From: a virus
Virus record (IMG/VR): IMGVR_UViG_3300016471_001132
Location: 1 to 64,000 of that record
Direction: 5' to 3' (one strand)
DNA: 64,000 bases
Part shown: positions 54,101 to 62,157 of the stretch, in pieces
Position numbering within the stretch: position 1 is the first letter of the stretch
Layout of the letters: each line of letters starts with the position of its first letter
Notes under the pieces: model-generated
The model's database searches: none
Told to the model about the DNA's origin: nothing
Seen by the model: only the letters and a program-made list of their open reading frames with translations
Position numbers and translations under genes: made by a program

Positions 54101-55984
54101 TTGACGACGCAGCCAGTTATGGAACTCTTGCGCAAATTCAGCCTTGACATCAGGAGAACGAAGTTGACTGGCACCATAGATCCAGCGAGCGGCATTCAAG
54201 ATCTTGGCAGCAGTCACAGGCTCTTGTGGTTGTGCTGTAGGCTCTTGTGCCTGTACGAAACTGGCAGCAGCAGCGAACACAGCGGTCAACAAGGCTTTGG
54301 ACACTGCACCTTCGGCCACTTGGCCCTTCATCTTCATCACTGCCGCAAAGCTAGTCAGGAACTGCTGTTCGGCTTTGGAGAGAGGACGACCCATGCGGGC
54401 TTTGCCCTGTAAGAAGTCATAGTACTGTTTGATGTGCCGGGGATCTTGGCTTACAGGAGTCTGGATGGCTTCGTCTAGTTCACCGGCAAATATCTCAGGA
54501 TGATGCTCGCGGAAGTCACGCATGATGCGACCGGCTAGAGCGTTGGCCTCGTCTTCGAATCTGCTGCCAGTCTCACCACCATCGGCTGGAATACCTTCGC
54601 GCTCTTCTTGGTGATGATGCACCAGTTCGTGTGCTAATGTACGCATGACATCGGCCATGTGTCGTCCAGCCACACTGACTTCTAATGTATTATTGTCAGG
54701 ATCATAATGACCGAATGTGCCATTGACTTGGCTCCATTGTGGATCTCGGCGTATTTTGATTTTGGGACACGATTCGATTCCTAGTTTATCACAAACATAT
54801 TCTGTGAATTTTTGCAAGATAGACGCCGAGCTCTGCTGCTCGTCCATCCGGTATTCCGCTTCAGGATCTTTGTTCTTGGCTCGGCGATCTATATCCAGGG
54901 TCTTCATGCCCAAGCGGTCTAGATCCTTCTTGTACATGTGTTCGATAGGCTCGCTACCAAAACTCAGCACAGTTTGCGGAGCACCTTTGCCATAGGCCTT
55001 GGGGTCAGCATGTTTGAGATCGCTGATATCCTGTCCCAGTTTGTACCAATCATAAACATCACTTACATTGACCAATATTGTACCTGCTGGCATCTCGGGT
55101 TTGAACTCAGGTCCAGGTGGTTCAGCATTGGGATCATAATCTTCTTTCGTGCTTTCGCCACCACCATCACCACCGCCATCTGTGGCAGCATCACTACCAC
55201 CATAATAATGATAGCCTGGGAACCAGTAAGCACCATAGCCGTAACGGGTTTTCTTCTTTTTGGTTTTGCGCTCGTCAAGGCTCATCATCGAGTCTTTGGC
55301 TTCTTTTCTGGCATCACGTAGTTTTTCTAGTGTACCGTTGCCACGAAGTATTTTGAATGCTAGATTCTCCGGGCCAAACTCGCCAGTGGTCTCCAATCCA
55401 GCCTGCCGCATCTCTCGGATCTTGGCAGCCATTGCGTCCATCCGGCCAAGATCACCACTCTTGATGGCTTGTTCTATGCGTTGCCCTATGTCTTCGTATT
55501 TGCTCCGGACAGAGATATCATCCACTGTGGGCCGGCGGCGTGCAGGGACCTTGATCCAGTCATTGTTGAGGACCGAGTAGATGCCTTGGCTCACATGCGG
55601 CTGGTTGGCGTTTTGCACATACAGCTCTACATCGTAGCCGCCGATCTTGTAGTCGTGCTGATCGTTATATTGGTACTTTTTGGCATCAAAAAGCTCGCGG
55701 TAGACATCGCTGGCATCAGCTCGAGGTAGGTCTACCACCAGATGCAAATCGATGTCCGAATGTGGTGTATATGTGTAAGCAGCGTTTGATCCAGAGATCG
55801 TTATATCTTTGATCTCGAGATCGGTGATGCCCAGGCTTTCGCGGAAATCATCTGCTATCTGTAGAAGCTTTTGCCGCACTTCGGGCAAGAGATGTTCATC
55901 TGAACCCCACAGTCGGGGGTTCAGATTATCATTGAATTTTACAGCGTCGGAAAGACGATAGGTTTCTAACTCACGGAGGTCCAT
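51158..55984 (-). CDS. 1608-aa polyvalent protein: Pol-beta nucleotidyltransferase, HExxH peptidase, basic micro-modules, ParB-like module, putative amidoligase
   Basis: ISGSN...SDIDLH; HELVH; CWSGY...VPNC; YPIIV...IADGTHR; GFEAE...EPDGSL...LEIVSP...TGLHM...IEFRGPGG. Confidence 0.8.
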   Translation of the reverse strand: MDLRELETYRLSDAVKFNDNLNPRLWGSDEHLLPEVRQKLLQIADDFRESLGITDLEIKDITISGSNAAYTYTPHSDIDLHLVVDLPRADASDVYRELFDAKKYQYNDQHDYKIGGYDVELYVQNANQPHVSQGIYSVLNNDWIKVPARRRPTVDDISVRSKYEDIGQRIEQAIKSGDLGRMDAMAAKIREMRQAGLETTGEFGPENLAFKILRGNGTLEKLRDARKEAKDSMMSLDERKTKKKKTRYGYGAYWFPGYHYYGGSDAATDGGGDGGGESTKEDYDPNAEPPGPEFKPEMPAGTILVNVSDVYDWYKLGQDISDLKHADPKAYGKGAPQTVLSFGSEPIEHMYKKDLDRLGMKTLDIDRRAKNKDPEAEYRMDEQQSSASILQKFTEYVCDKLGIESCPKIKIRRDPQWSQVNGTFGHYDPDNNTLEVSVAGRHMADVMRTLAHELVHHHQEEREGIPADGGETGSRFEDEANALAGRIMRDFREHHPEIFAGELDEAIQTPVSQDPRHIKQYYDFLQGKARMGRPLSKAEQQFLTSFAAVMKMKGQVAEGAVSKALLTAVFAAAASFVQAQEPTAQPQEPVTAAKILNAARWIYGASQLRSPDVKAEFAQEFHNWLRRQGGHTDQPTRLPIPDIRAAGEQPVNEATGYIPIDDREARDPRYSMAITQDIKPGEIQRQARKMGFKTDAAGVPPLLMKKLNNLLESVKTDEDCWSGYKQQGMKRKGDRQVPNCVKVSEGSGLDQTAGIGIDGESFRFNIKDLVDFAAKYPTEKVDPTQFHDQIVGREEDPAQSQSRVAKADLKYPIIVVRRKNGSLWIADGTHRAHKAILTKQPAITAKIIPVEDMSPFSVESLAEDEDLMEVEMSPSAFKKFLNSDAAKGIRAGFEAELIFRDTQHDGDGGESEPDWDMDERASSIQEIIDFFRGGDNGISARAADRLSQDLTEQFYDWVNDSFIENYFDMDRYMSWVDDNIWPEVDDEYREQARDALGDEEISDEELEKQAVQLFRDDAERDWDRSGDWYDRAREELYDEYAAEADQADWLDSSGMRYMSDVSNEWSLEWPYWTEGGGNGGEREWRDIANSLERATGLDVRVSSGYHGTRRGDYYVIEPDGSLDADDSEDYGLEIVSPPMPLPEAIEQLNKVIDWANGSGDAYTNSSTGLHMGVSLPFKGGDVDPIKLILFMGDRDLLDKFDRASNYYTRSAYERLQNKISSMKRAGPKQIAGVMELMKKNLIELADRELQRGVLGEKYVSVNPHDGYIEFRGPGGDYLSKESEIEGTLENTMLRLAYAMSIAGSPELHRKEYAKKLYKMLSGYKGAEIAKGAKDTRFQTRIETEDEDPFMRLFADYSTGYISGDELKRQWAETVLRAEQDAEQEEDIPPFIDKDYDVYDPESGNVISVFHAEDDEAAIKYFNSNFRPQNPTWKVRVHQEPKKPKAPPSRRAELAKRVTRSTRDVGEQLWRVNFHSKIKNIVARSQAEAIQKAAMIDSDFGHEDARARLADQQEIETYRMDQERIRQQNQQQRDDNQDADDVRARLDVPPGEWTGHWIVRDAEGRELTRFHGIGNSQSDANRYAARWLAQQGYRQGTLGNEAEVVPEMR

Positions 55985-55989
55985 GAGTG

Positions 55990-55995
55990 TATTTA
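55990..55995 (-). promoter_or_regulatory. TAAATA late-promoter-like motif
   Basis: 5 nt before the ATG of the 1608-aa gene; no SD. Confidence 0.55.
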
Positions 55996-55998
55996 CCG

Positions 55999-56874
55999 CT
56001 AGGCTGTTTTAGCCTCTGTAGGTTCAGCCGCTGCCACAGGGGTGGGTTGATTGCTACCCAGCACCCTGGGCTTGGTGGGAGGAGCAACACTGGCAGGCGG
56101 ATTAGGCACATTGACCGCCCCTGCTGTGCCGTTTTGCAGGGCGATCTCATGCAGCTGTCGGTACAAGGGTTCCTGTGCGTTGAAATCAAACACATAGGTT
56201 CCGGTGTGACGCAGCAACACACGCTTGTCTACCCAGACTTTTCCACCGAGATCTCGCCAGTTCTCACAGAATGTCCAATCTTCTGAGTAATAACGATTTT
56301 CGCGCACTGCTGTATCGTAATAAGTGCGAAGATATTGATCCAGTTCTTTGGGTAGGCCAATGTCGTTGTTGAATGGTTTCACAGCTGGGTGGTCGTTGAG
56401 TTTTTCAAACACATGACGCTTGACCAACATAAAACCTGTTCCAGTCTTGGATACTTCTTGCAATCCGTCGGGCCCGGTCTCGGCACCATCGAATCCATTG
56501 ACTACCCACTTGATGGGCAGGGTCTTCATGGGATAAAGTCCCCCGATGACGTCCACATCGCGGTTCAGCATGACCAGCAGATGCCAGGGTTCCCAACCGA
56601 TGTCGGCATCGATGAACATGAGATGAGTTGATGTGGGATTCGAAAGGAATTTGGCCACAAGGGTGTTGCGAGCCCGGCTGATCAACGACTCGTTGGTCAT
56701 GGTCTCCATGGTCCACTCGATGCCCAACTGGCGGCAGGTGTTGGCCCATTTGATGTAACTCATGAAAGTGGATTCTGTGAGCATGCCACCGTAGCAGGGC
56801 ATGCAGATGTGTGGTCTGCAGGTACGCAGATAATCCACATTGACTTGTACTTGGGTTTGAGTTTGTTCGGACAT
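55999..56874 (-). CDS. GT-A-like glycosyltransferase (291 aa)
   Basis: ESLISRARN, THLMFIDADI, GTGFMLVKR, YSEDWTFC motifs. Confidence 0.7.
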   Translation of the reverse strand: MSEQTQTQVQVNVDYLRTCRPHICMPCYGGMLTESTFMSYIKWANTCRQLGIEWTMETMTNESLISRARNTLVAKFLSNPTSTHLMFIDADIGWEPWHLLVMLNRDVDVIGGLYPMKTLPIKWVVNGFDGAETGPDGLQEVSKTGTGFMLVKRHVFEKLNDHPAVKPFNNDIGLPKELDQYLRTYYDTAVRENRYYSEDWTFCENWRDLGGKVWVDKRVLLRHTGTYVFDFNAQEPLYRQLHEIALQNGTAGAVNVPNPPASVAPPTKPRVLGSNQPTPVAAAEPTEAKTA

Positions 56875-56900
56875 TGTGTTCCTCGTGGTTGATTATATGA

Positions 56901-56906
56901 TATTTA
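56901..56906 (-). promoter_or_regulatory. TAAATA late-promoter-like motif
   Basis: Upstream of SD GAGGA for 55999..56874. Confidence 0.5.
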
Positions 56907-57015
56907 ACGGCGCATATTACGGCCGATATATTTTCAACCTAAAGGAACACGCACAGGAACGTTGATGGGATTGGGAGGACTGCGACGGCCCGGTCTGGGC
57001 ATGTTGGGAATAGGG

Positions 57016-58245
57016 CTAGGATGCCTGACCATCTGACCGTTTCTCGTCGAGATAGTCTGACATTTCTATTTCTCGTCCACGGGCCAGGGGACGGCGGCCC
57101 TGTTTTTTCTGGAAGGCCTCATATTCGGCCAAGGCACGCACTAGATTTTCTACCACTCCGGCCTTGTACAGCACATGATACAATCCTGAGTAGTTTTTGT
57201 TCTTGACCATGTTGACCATGTCCCCAAACTTGCGAGCGAGATTGGATACCATAGATTGCTCGTCCCAGGTGCCCATGCCACCTTCGGGCTGTATCCTGTG
57301 ACCAGCGTCAGGATCATTGATCAGTACTGCTTCTTTTAGTGCTTGTTGGGCCATGGGATCTTTCATGGCTGTAGCAAGATCTTGTGGCGGAGTCTTTGTT
57401 ACATATTGTGCAAGATGATCTCCAACTGTCAATCGCACACGATATTCACCTTTGGCATTGGGACCTGTCACACTGAATATGTTTTCATCAGATTGATCAC
57501 CCACGGTTTGTCGTTGACTGTCAACTGATTGACTTTGCTGCGCCAAACGATCCCAACTTGGATCTGTGGGCGATGTTGCTGCTTTACCACCCATGGCACC
57601 AAGAGCTATAGAACCAGCCAAAGCACCAGTGGCCAGGGCTTTGCCTATGCCTTCTTCGACTGCACTGCCCATGATCTCATCTAGCATAGAAACGATCTTG
57701 CCGGCAGCCGCATCTTTGCCAGCTGTGCTAGGGTACAAAACATTGACCAGCGATATCTTTTCTTCAGGAGTCATCTCAGGCCATTTGGCACGGATCTCAG
57801 TGGCAGAGGTCATGCCTGGACCAAACTGTACTGTGGGCAGGTATGCCATGTAACCGTGTTTGCTGAAAGGTTGTAAGCCATTCCGTTTGTAAGGTTGTAG
57901 ATAGGACGGTGATCCGTCTTTTTTAACACCACCGGCCTGAGGCTGTTTCTGGGCGTCTTTTTCACTGCGAACGAATATCAAGGCAGTGTCATCGGGATCA
58001 TACATCTGCGTGATCTCTTCGGCCTTGAAAGGTGATTTAACGCGGATGAATCTGTTGCCGGGCACCCCGGCTTGTTGTGCCAGGAATTTCTTGGTCTTGA
58101 AAGGAAATGGCCTTCCAGAAGTGTCGTCGGTGGCAGCCACGAAAACATCTGCCGAGGGAAATGCAGCTCGTGCTGCATCGTACAGGGCCATGTGCCCAGC
58201 ATGGAAAGGGTGGAAACCACCTGGCATGATCACGATCTTTTTCAT
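57016..58245 (-). CDS. HIGH-superfamily nucleotidyltransferase fused to E-delimited accessory modules (409 aa)
   Basis: PGGFHPFHAGH and SATEIR motifs; VEEG, LKE and YLDE junctions. Confidence 0.7.
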   Translation of the reverse strand: MKKIVIMPGGFHPFHAGHMALYDAARAAFPSADVFVAATDDTSGRPFPFKTKKFLAQQAGVPGNRFIRVKSPFKAEEITQMYDPDDTALIFVRSEKDAQKQPQAGGVKKDGSPSYLQPYKRNGLQPFSKHGYMAYLPTVQFGPGMTSATEIRAKWPEMTPEEKISLVNVLYPSTAGKDAAAGKIVSMLDEIMGSAVEEGIGKALATGALAGSIALGAMGGKAATSPTDPSWDRLAQQSQSVDSQRQTVGDQSDENIFSVTGPNAKGEYRVRLTVGDHLAQYVTKTPPQDLATAMKDPMAQQALKEAVLINDPDAGHRIQPEGGMGTWDEQSMVSNLARKFGDMVNMVKNKNYSGLYHVLYKAGVVENLVRALAEYEAFQKKQGRRPLARGREIEMSDYLDEKRSDGQAS

Positions 58246-58250
58246 ACCAG

Positions 58251-58256
58251 TATTTA
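58251..58256 (-). promoter_or_regulatory. TAAATA late-promoter-like motif
   Basis: 5 nt before the ATG; no SD. Confidence 0.55.
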
Positions 58257-58260
58257 CCGT

Positions 58261-58695
58261 TTACATGTTTTCCAGCAACCAGAGGTATACAGGTGTGGTG
58301 AAATTGAAGTCTACCCGACCGTTGCAACCCATTGTTCCATAGAAAGGAACAGTGACCAGGTCCGAAGTTCCATTGAGATCGTGGGTGTACTGTGCTGTTT
58401 TTGTGAAAACATATCCTAGTTCTATGTCATCGATGCGCACATCGGTGATTTCTATCACACGATCTTCCAGTATCTGTCCTTGGTCGTCGATCTTGGTGTG
58501 ATCCATTTGTTTGCCGCTCATGACTAATGTGAGGCAATGTTCTGTTTCCACATCATCATTGATCTGTAGAGATATTTTTTGATCTTCTGCTGTGGGTTGA
58601 ACTACTTGGATTTGTTGTCCATCCAGTATCACAGTGAGATATAGATCACTACCCGTGGATCGTACCGAAAAAGCGATTTCTGCTTGCTGCATCAA
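58261..58695 (-). CDS. hypothetical beta-rich protein (144 aa), possibly virion-associated
   Basis: MGCNG..F.F.TP.YLWLLE C-terminus; late-gene context. Confidence 0.7.
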   Translation of the reverse strand: MMQQAEIAFSVRSTGSDLYLTVILDGQQIQVVQPTAEDQKISLQINDDVETEHCLTLVMSGKQMDHTKIDDQGQILEDRVIEITDVRIDDIELGYVFTKTAQYTHDLNGTSDLVTVPFYGTMGCNGRVDFNFTTPVYLWLLENM

Positions 58696-59060
58696 TACGC
58701 CATGGTCACATAGTTGATGGTACCCGCAGTGAAATCCAACACCCTGGCACGGATCCAGGTGAAGTTTCCGGTGATGTTCCTAGCGAAGTTTTCGGTGACC
58801 TGTGTGCTGGCGGTATCGAACTCGTTGACCAGGAACCAGTCGGTTTCTGCAGTGGGATCCGAGTCCAGACTGGCTTGGATGTGGATCTTGCCTTCAAAAT
58901 TCGTGAGGTAAAAGGCGATGGTCTGCAAGCCACCAAATCCACCGTAGTAGTTGGCTGCCTGCTGTCGATCCCCATCGAAATCCAAGCTGGACCCATCGTA
59001 GTTGCCAGACGGAGTACCGTGGGAAGTGGTGGGTAGCAGTTCAAGCGTGGTGGTTTTCAT
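58692..59060 (-). CDS. hypothetical beta-sandwich protein (122 aa), possibly virion-associated
   Basis: QASL...P...DWF...GNFTWIRA pattern. Confidence 0.7.
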   Translation of the reverse strand: MKTTTLELLPTTSHGTPSGNYDGSSLDFDGDRQQAANYYGGFGGLQTIAFYLTNFEGKIHIQASLDSDPTAETDWFLVNEFDTASTQVTENFARNITGNFTWIRARVLDFTAGTINYVTMAY

Positions 59061-59224
59061 TTATCGATAGCCAGTTCTACCAGGGTGTTGGCACCGGCCA
59101 GTTCCTGGATCACTGCTTCAAGATTGGCCACAGCATCGGGTCCCATGATGGGTGTGCTTTGCTCGGCATCCTTGAGCAGTTTGCTTACTTTTACAACTAT
59201 GATTTCTTCTTGGATTTTAGCCAT
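59057..59224 (-). CDS. 55-aa protein (MAKIQEEIIVVKVSKLLKD...), not in the ORF track
   Basis: Hand translation; TAAATA 7 nt upstream; ATGA overlap downstream. Confidence 0.65.
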   Translation of the reverse strand: MAKIQEEIIVVKVSKLLKDAEQSTPIMGPDAVANLEAVIQELAGANTLVELAIDK

Positions 59225-59231
59225 AGTGTTT

Positions 59232-59237
59232 TATTTA
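59232..59237 (-). promoter_or_regulatory. TAAATA late-promoter-like motif
   Basis: 7 nt before the ATG. Confidence 0.5.
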
Positions 59238-59918
59238 GTATATTTTGATGGGCAGTGTTTTTCTCACTATGTGTCCCAGAGCCAAGGCCAACAGGGTGAG
59301 CACACCGGAATCATTGTGATCGACGAAGTAATGATCATTGAGATGCAGTTGCGTATCGCTGTCCAACCACGCATCCAAACTTGGGCTCAGTCTGATATCA
59401 GTTTGATTTCTCAACACAGTGCGCAGATTGTTTTTCTGCGACAAAGTCACTGCGGACCAGCGGAAATAAGTGCGTTGTTGATAGTCGCTGCGCTTGAGAT
59501 TGATAGCTCCGGGATTTCCTGTGAGTTGAGCCTTTGATAGTTGTCCAGAATTTTTTCCATACGATGCAATGAGCTGGTCTCCCACCGACGAGTCGTTGGT
59601 ATAAAGGTGCAACCAGTCACTGTGGAGCATGATCTTGACACTGTCCCCAAGGGACATGATATAATCCAAAACATTGTGTAAATTCTGGGATTCTTCCTCT
59701 GTGATATCCATCCGCGACCACAACCAGCTGCCTGGTTGCTGGGACATTTTTTGTCCCCACTCTCGCCGATTTTGCAATACCTTGTCCATCACGGCGTGAG
59801 ATCGATGACGCAATACAAAGGCTTCACGCAGTCGGATCGTGGCACAGAATTCGTACTTTCCGAAAAACAGCGTGCTGCGTTTTTTTGTGGATATTTTAAC
59901 TGACAACGATGTATCCAT
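59235..59918 (-). CDS. hypothetical protein (227 aa)
   Basis: Long ORF directly after clpA. Confidence 0.7.
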   Translation of the reverse strand: MDTSLSVKISTKKRSTLFFGKYEFCATIRLREAFVLRHRSHAVMDKVLQNRREWGQKMSQQPGSWLWSRMDITEEESQNLHNVLDYIMSLGDSVKIMLHSDWLHLYTNDSSVGDQLIASYGKNSGQLSKAQLTGNPGAINLKRSDYQQRTYFRWSAVTLSQKNNLRTVLRNQTDIRLSPSLDAWLDSDTQLHLNDHYFVDHNDSGVLTLLALALGHIVRKTLPIKIY

Positions 59919-62157
59919 TGGGATCTACCACAGGTTGTGCACCGTCGGCTGTTGTATCAAAAACGATTTCACCACCTTTGATATCCACAGTGATCGAACA
60001 ATCTTTGAGCCTATCGAACAAGATGCGCTTGCTCAGTGGCACCCGAATCAGTTCATCGATCTTACGGTTCAAGGGTCTAGCACCCATGCGGCTGTCATAG
60101 CCTTTGTCGGCTAGATATTCCACTGCGGCTTCGGTGAGGTTCAACCGGATGTTCTTGTCTGCCAGTCCTGTGCGCAGTTGATCCATGAACTTGATCACGA
60201 TCTTCTTGATGGCCAGCATGTCCAGTTTGGAGAATTTCACCGTGGCGTCGATCCTGTTGCGCATCTCCGGACGGAAAAAATCTTTAAGCGCACGATCTTC
60301 TGAGCCTGTACGCTCGAGATCTTGACCGAAACCGATGTTGTTGTTTTCGTTGTCGCGAGCACCCAAATTAGATGTCATGATGATGATGGTGTTTTTGCAG
60401 TCAACCGTCTTGCCGTTGCTGGATGTGATCCTACCTTCGTCCAACATCTGTAGCAGGATGTTAGAAACATCTGGGTGTGCTTTTTCTATCTCGTCGAACA
60501 GGATGATGGCGTAAGGATTCTTGGTCAGATCGGAAATGAGTTTGCCTCCACCTACATTACCGTCTTGGAAACCCACATATCCCGGGGGAGCACCGATCAG
60601 GCTGCTGACAGTATGTTTTTCCTGATACTCACTCATGTCATATTTCAACAATGGCATGTCCAGATACTTCTCCAGCAAGCGAGCCAGTTCTGTTTTTCCT
60701 GTGCCGGTGGGCCCTATGAACAGGAAACTGGCCATGGGCCGGCTGCCGGGCCCGATTCCGGCGTAATTGATGTATATACGCTCCAGCACAGTATCTACCG
60801 CGGTGTCTTGTCCATGTAGATATTGCTTGATGTTGATGTCTAGATCCCTGATGCGGTCAGTGATATCGTTGCGCAATCGATCCAGTGGCACTCCTACTAC
60901 TCTACTGACCTGGGCCTGGATCATGTCCCGTGTGATGGTCACTGTGCCTGCATCCTTCACACGCTCACGAGCACATGCACCATCTAAGAGATCGATGCTC
61001 TTGTCGGGATTCTTTTTGTCATGGATATATCTTCCTGACAACTCAACCGCTGCTGTCATGGCTTCTGTTTCAATCATGACATCGTGGAATGTTTCTAGTC
61101 TGGGGCTCAAGCCGATCAGGATCTGTTCCGTGACTGCGGCAGTGGGTTCGTCTATGCTGAGTCTATGGAATCGGCGCATCAACGCCCGATCCTGCTCAAA
61201 GCTTTCGTAATATTCTTCCCATGTAGTGCTGGCAATCACTTTGAGATGTCCTTTGGTGATAGCCGGTTTGATCATGTTGGCGAAGTCTAGGCTGCTTTGT
61301 GAACTGGCCCCTGCGCCTTTCATGGTGTGCGCTTCGTCGATAAACAGAACACAGTTCTTTTTGGATTCTAGCGCAGTGATCACTACCTTGAGCTTTTCTT
61401 CGAACTCGCCACGATATTTAGATCCAGCCAACAGGCCACCGATCTCCAAGCTCCATACTTCGTGATTCTTGAGGAACCTGGGCACATCGTTTTGGGCGAT
61501 CCGTTGTGCCAAACCTTCTACGATGGCTGTCTTGCCCACCCCGGGGTCTCCCACCATGAGCACATTGGCCTTGAATCGTCGGGCCAACACCGTGACCATT
61601 TCTTCGACTTCGGTGTCGCGACCGATCATGGGTTCCAGTCTGTCTTGTTTGGCCAGTTCAGTGAGATTGGTGCAATATTCTTCCAGGATCTCCTGGGCCT
61701 GCTGGTCAGTGATTTTGTGCCCTGTATGGTTGTAATTTTTTTCCCAGAAGGTCACGAACTCTTGTTTGGTCACACCGTACTTCAAAAAGAAGTAATGTGC
61801 ATGGCTGTTGGTTTCGCTCATCATGGCCAGGAACAGATCCGCAGTGGTCATGGTCCGTCTGCCAGTGAACAGCACTTGTGTCAGGGCGCGATTGAACACC
61901 CTTTCCAGCGAATTGGTTTTCCTGGGATTTACTTCGGCATCGTTCGTGGTCAAGTTTTGCAAAGAGCCAAGATAATTTTCAACATCTTGTATCATGGTAC
62001 CAAGATCAGCACCAAATTTTTCCAAAACAGTTGCAAATGGTTGATGTTGCAAAAGACTGAGCATGAGGTGCTCTGTGAGCACATAACGATGGCCGCGTTC
62101 TTTGGCCAACTTCATAGCATTTTCAATGATGTGCTCGATTTCAGGATTATTCTGCAT
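59896..62157 (-). CDS. clpA: ClpA-type AAA+ unfoldase; start revised to MQNNP at 62157
   Basis: Clp N-domain (LTEHLML); GDPGVGKT and FIDEAH; GPTGTGKTE and FDEIEKAHP; IGF loop (NNIGFG); no ClpB middle domain. Confidence 0.9.
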   Translation of the reverse strand: MQNNPEIEHIIENAMKLAKERGHRYVLTEHLMLSLLQHQPFATVLEKFGADLGTMIQDVENYLGSLQNLTTNDAEVNPRKTNSLERVFNRALTQVLFTGRRTMTTADLFLAMMSETNSHAHYFFLKYGVTKQEFVTFWEKNYNHTGHKITDQQAQEILEEYCTNLTELAKQDRLEPMIGRDTEVEEMVTVLARRFKANVLMVGDPGVGKTAIVEGLAQRIAQNDVPRFLKNHEVWSLEIGGLLAGSKYRGEFEEKLKVVITALESKKNCVLFIDEAHTMKGAGASSQSSLDFANMIKPAITKGHLKVIASTTWEEYYESFEQDRALMRRFHRLSIDEPTAAVTEQILIGLSPRLETFHDVMIETEAMTAAVELSGRYIHDKKNPDKSIDLLDGACARERVKDAGTVTITRDMIQAQVSRVVGVPLDRLRNDITDRIRDLDINIKQYLHGQDTAVDTVLERIYINYAGIGPGSRPMASFLFIGPTGTGKTELARLLEKYLDMPLLKYDMSEYQEKHTVSSLIGAPPGYVGFQDGNVGGGKLISDLTKNPYAIILFDEIEKAHPDVSNILLQMLDEGRITSSNGKTVDCKNTIIIMTSNLGARDNENNNIGFGQDLERTGSEDRALKDFFRPEMRNRIDATVKFSKLDMLAIKKIVIKFMDQLRTGLADKNIRLNLTEAAVEYLADKGYDSRMGARPLNRKIDELIRVPLSKRILFDRLKDCSITVDIKGGEIVFDTTADGAQPVVDPNGYIVVS

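Noticed and set aside
56935-57003. 22-aa Pro-rich ORF MPRPGRRSPPNPINVPVRVPLG in the intergenic gap
   Set aside because: It has no SD or overlap coupling and could be chance; not listed as a feature without conservation data.
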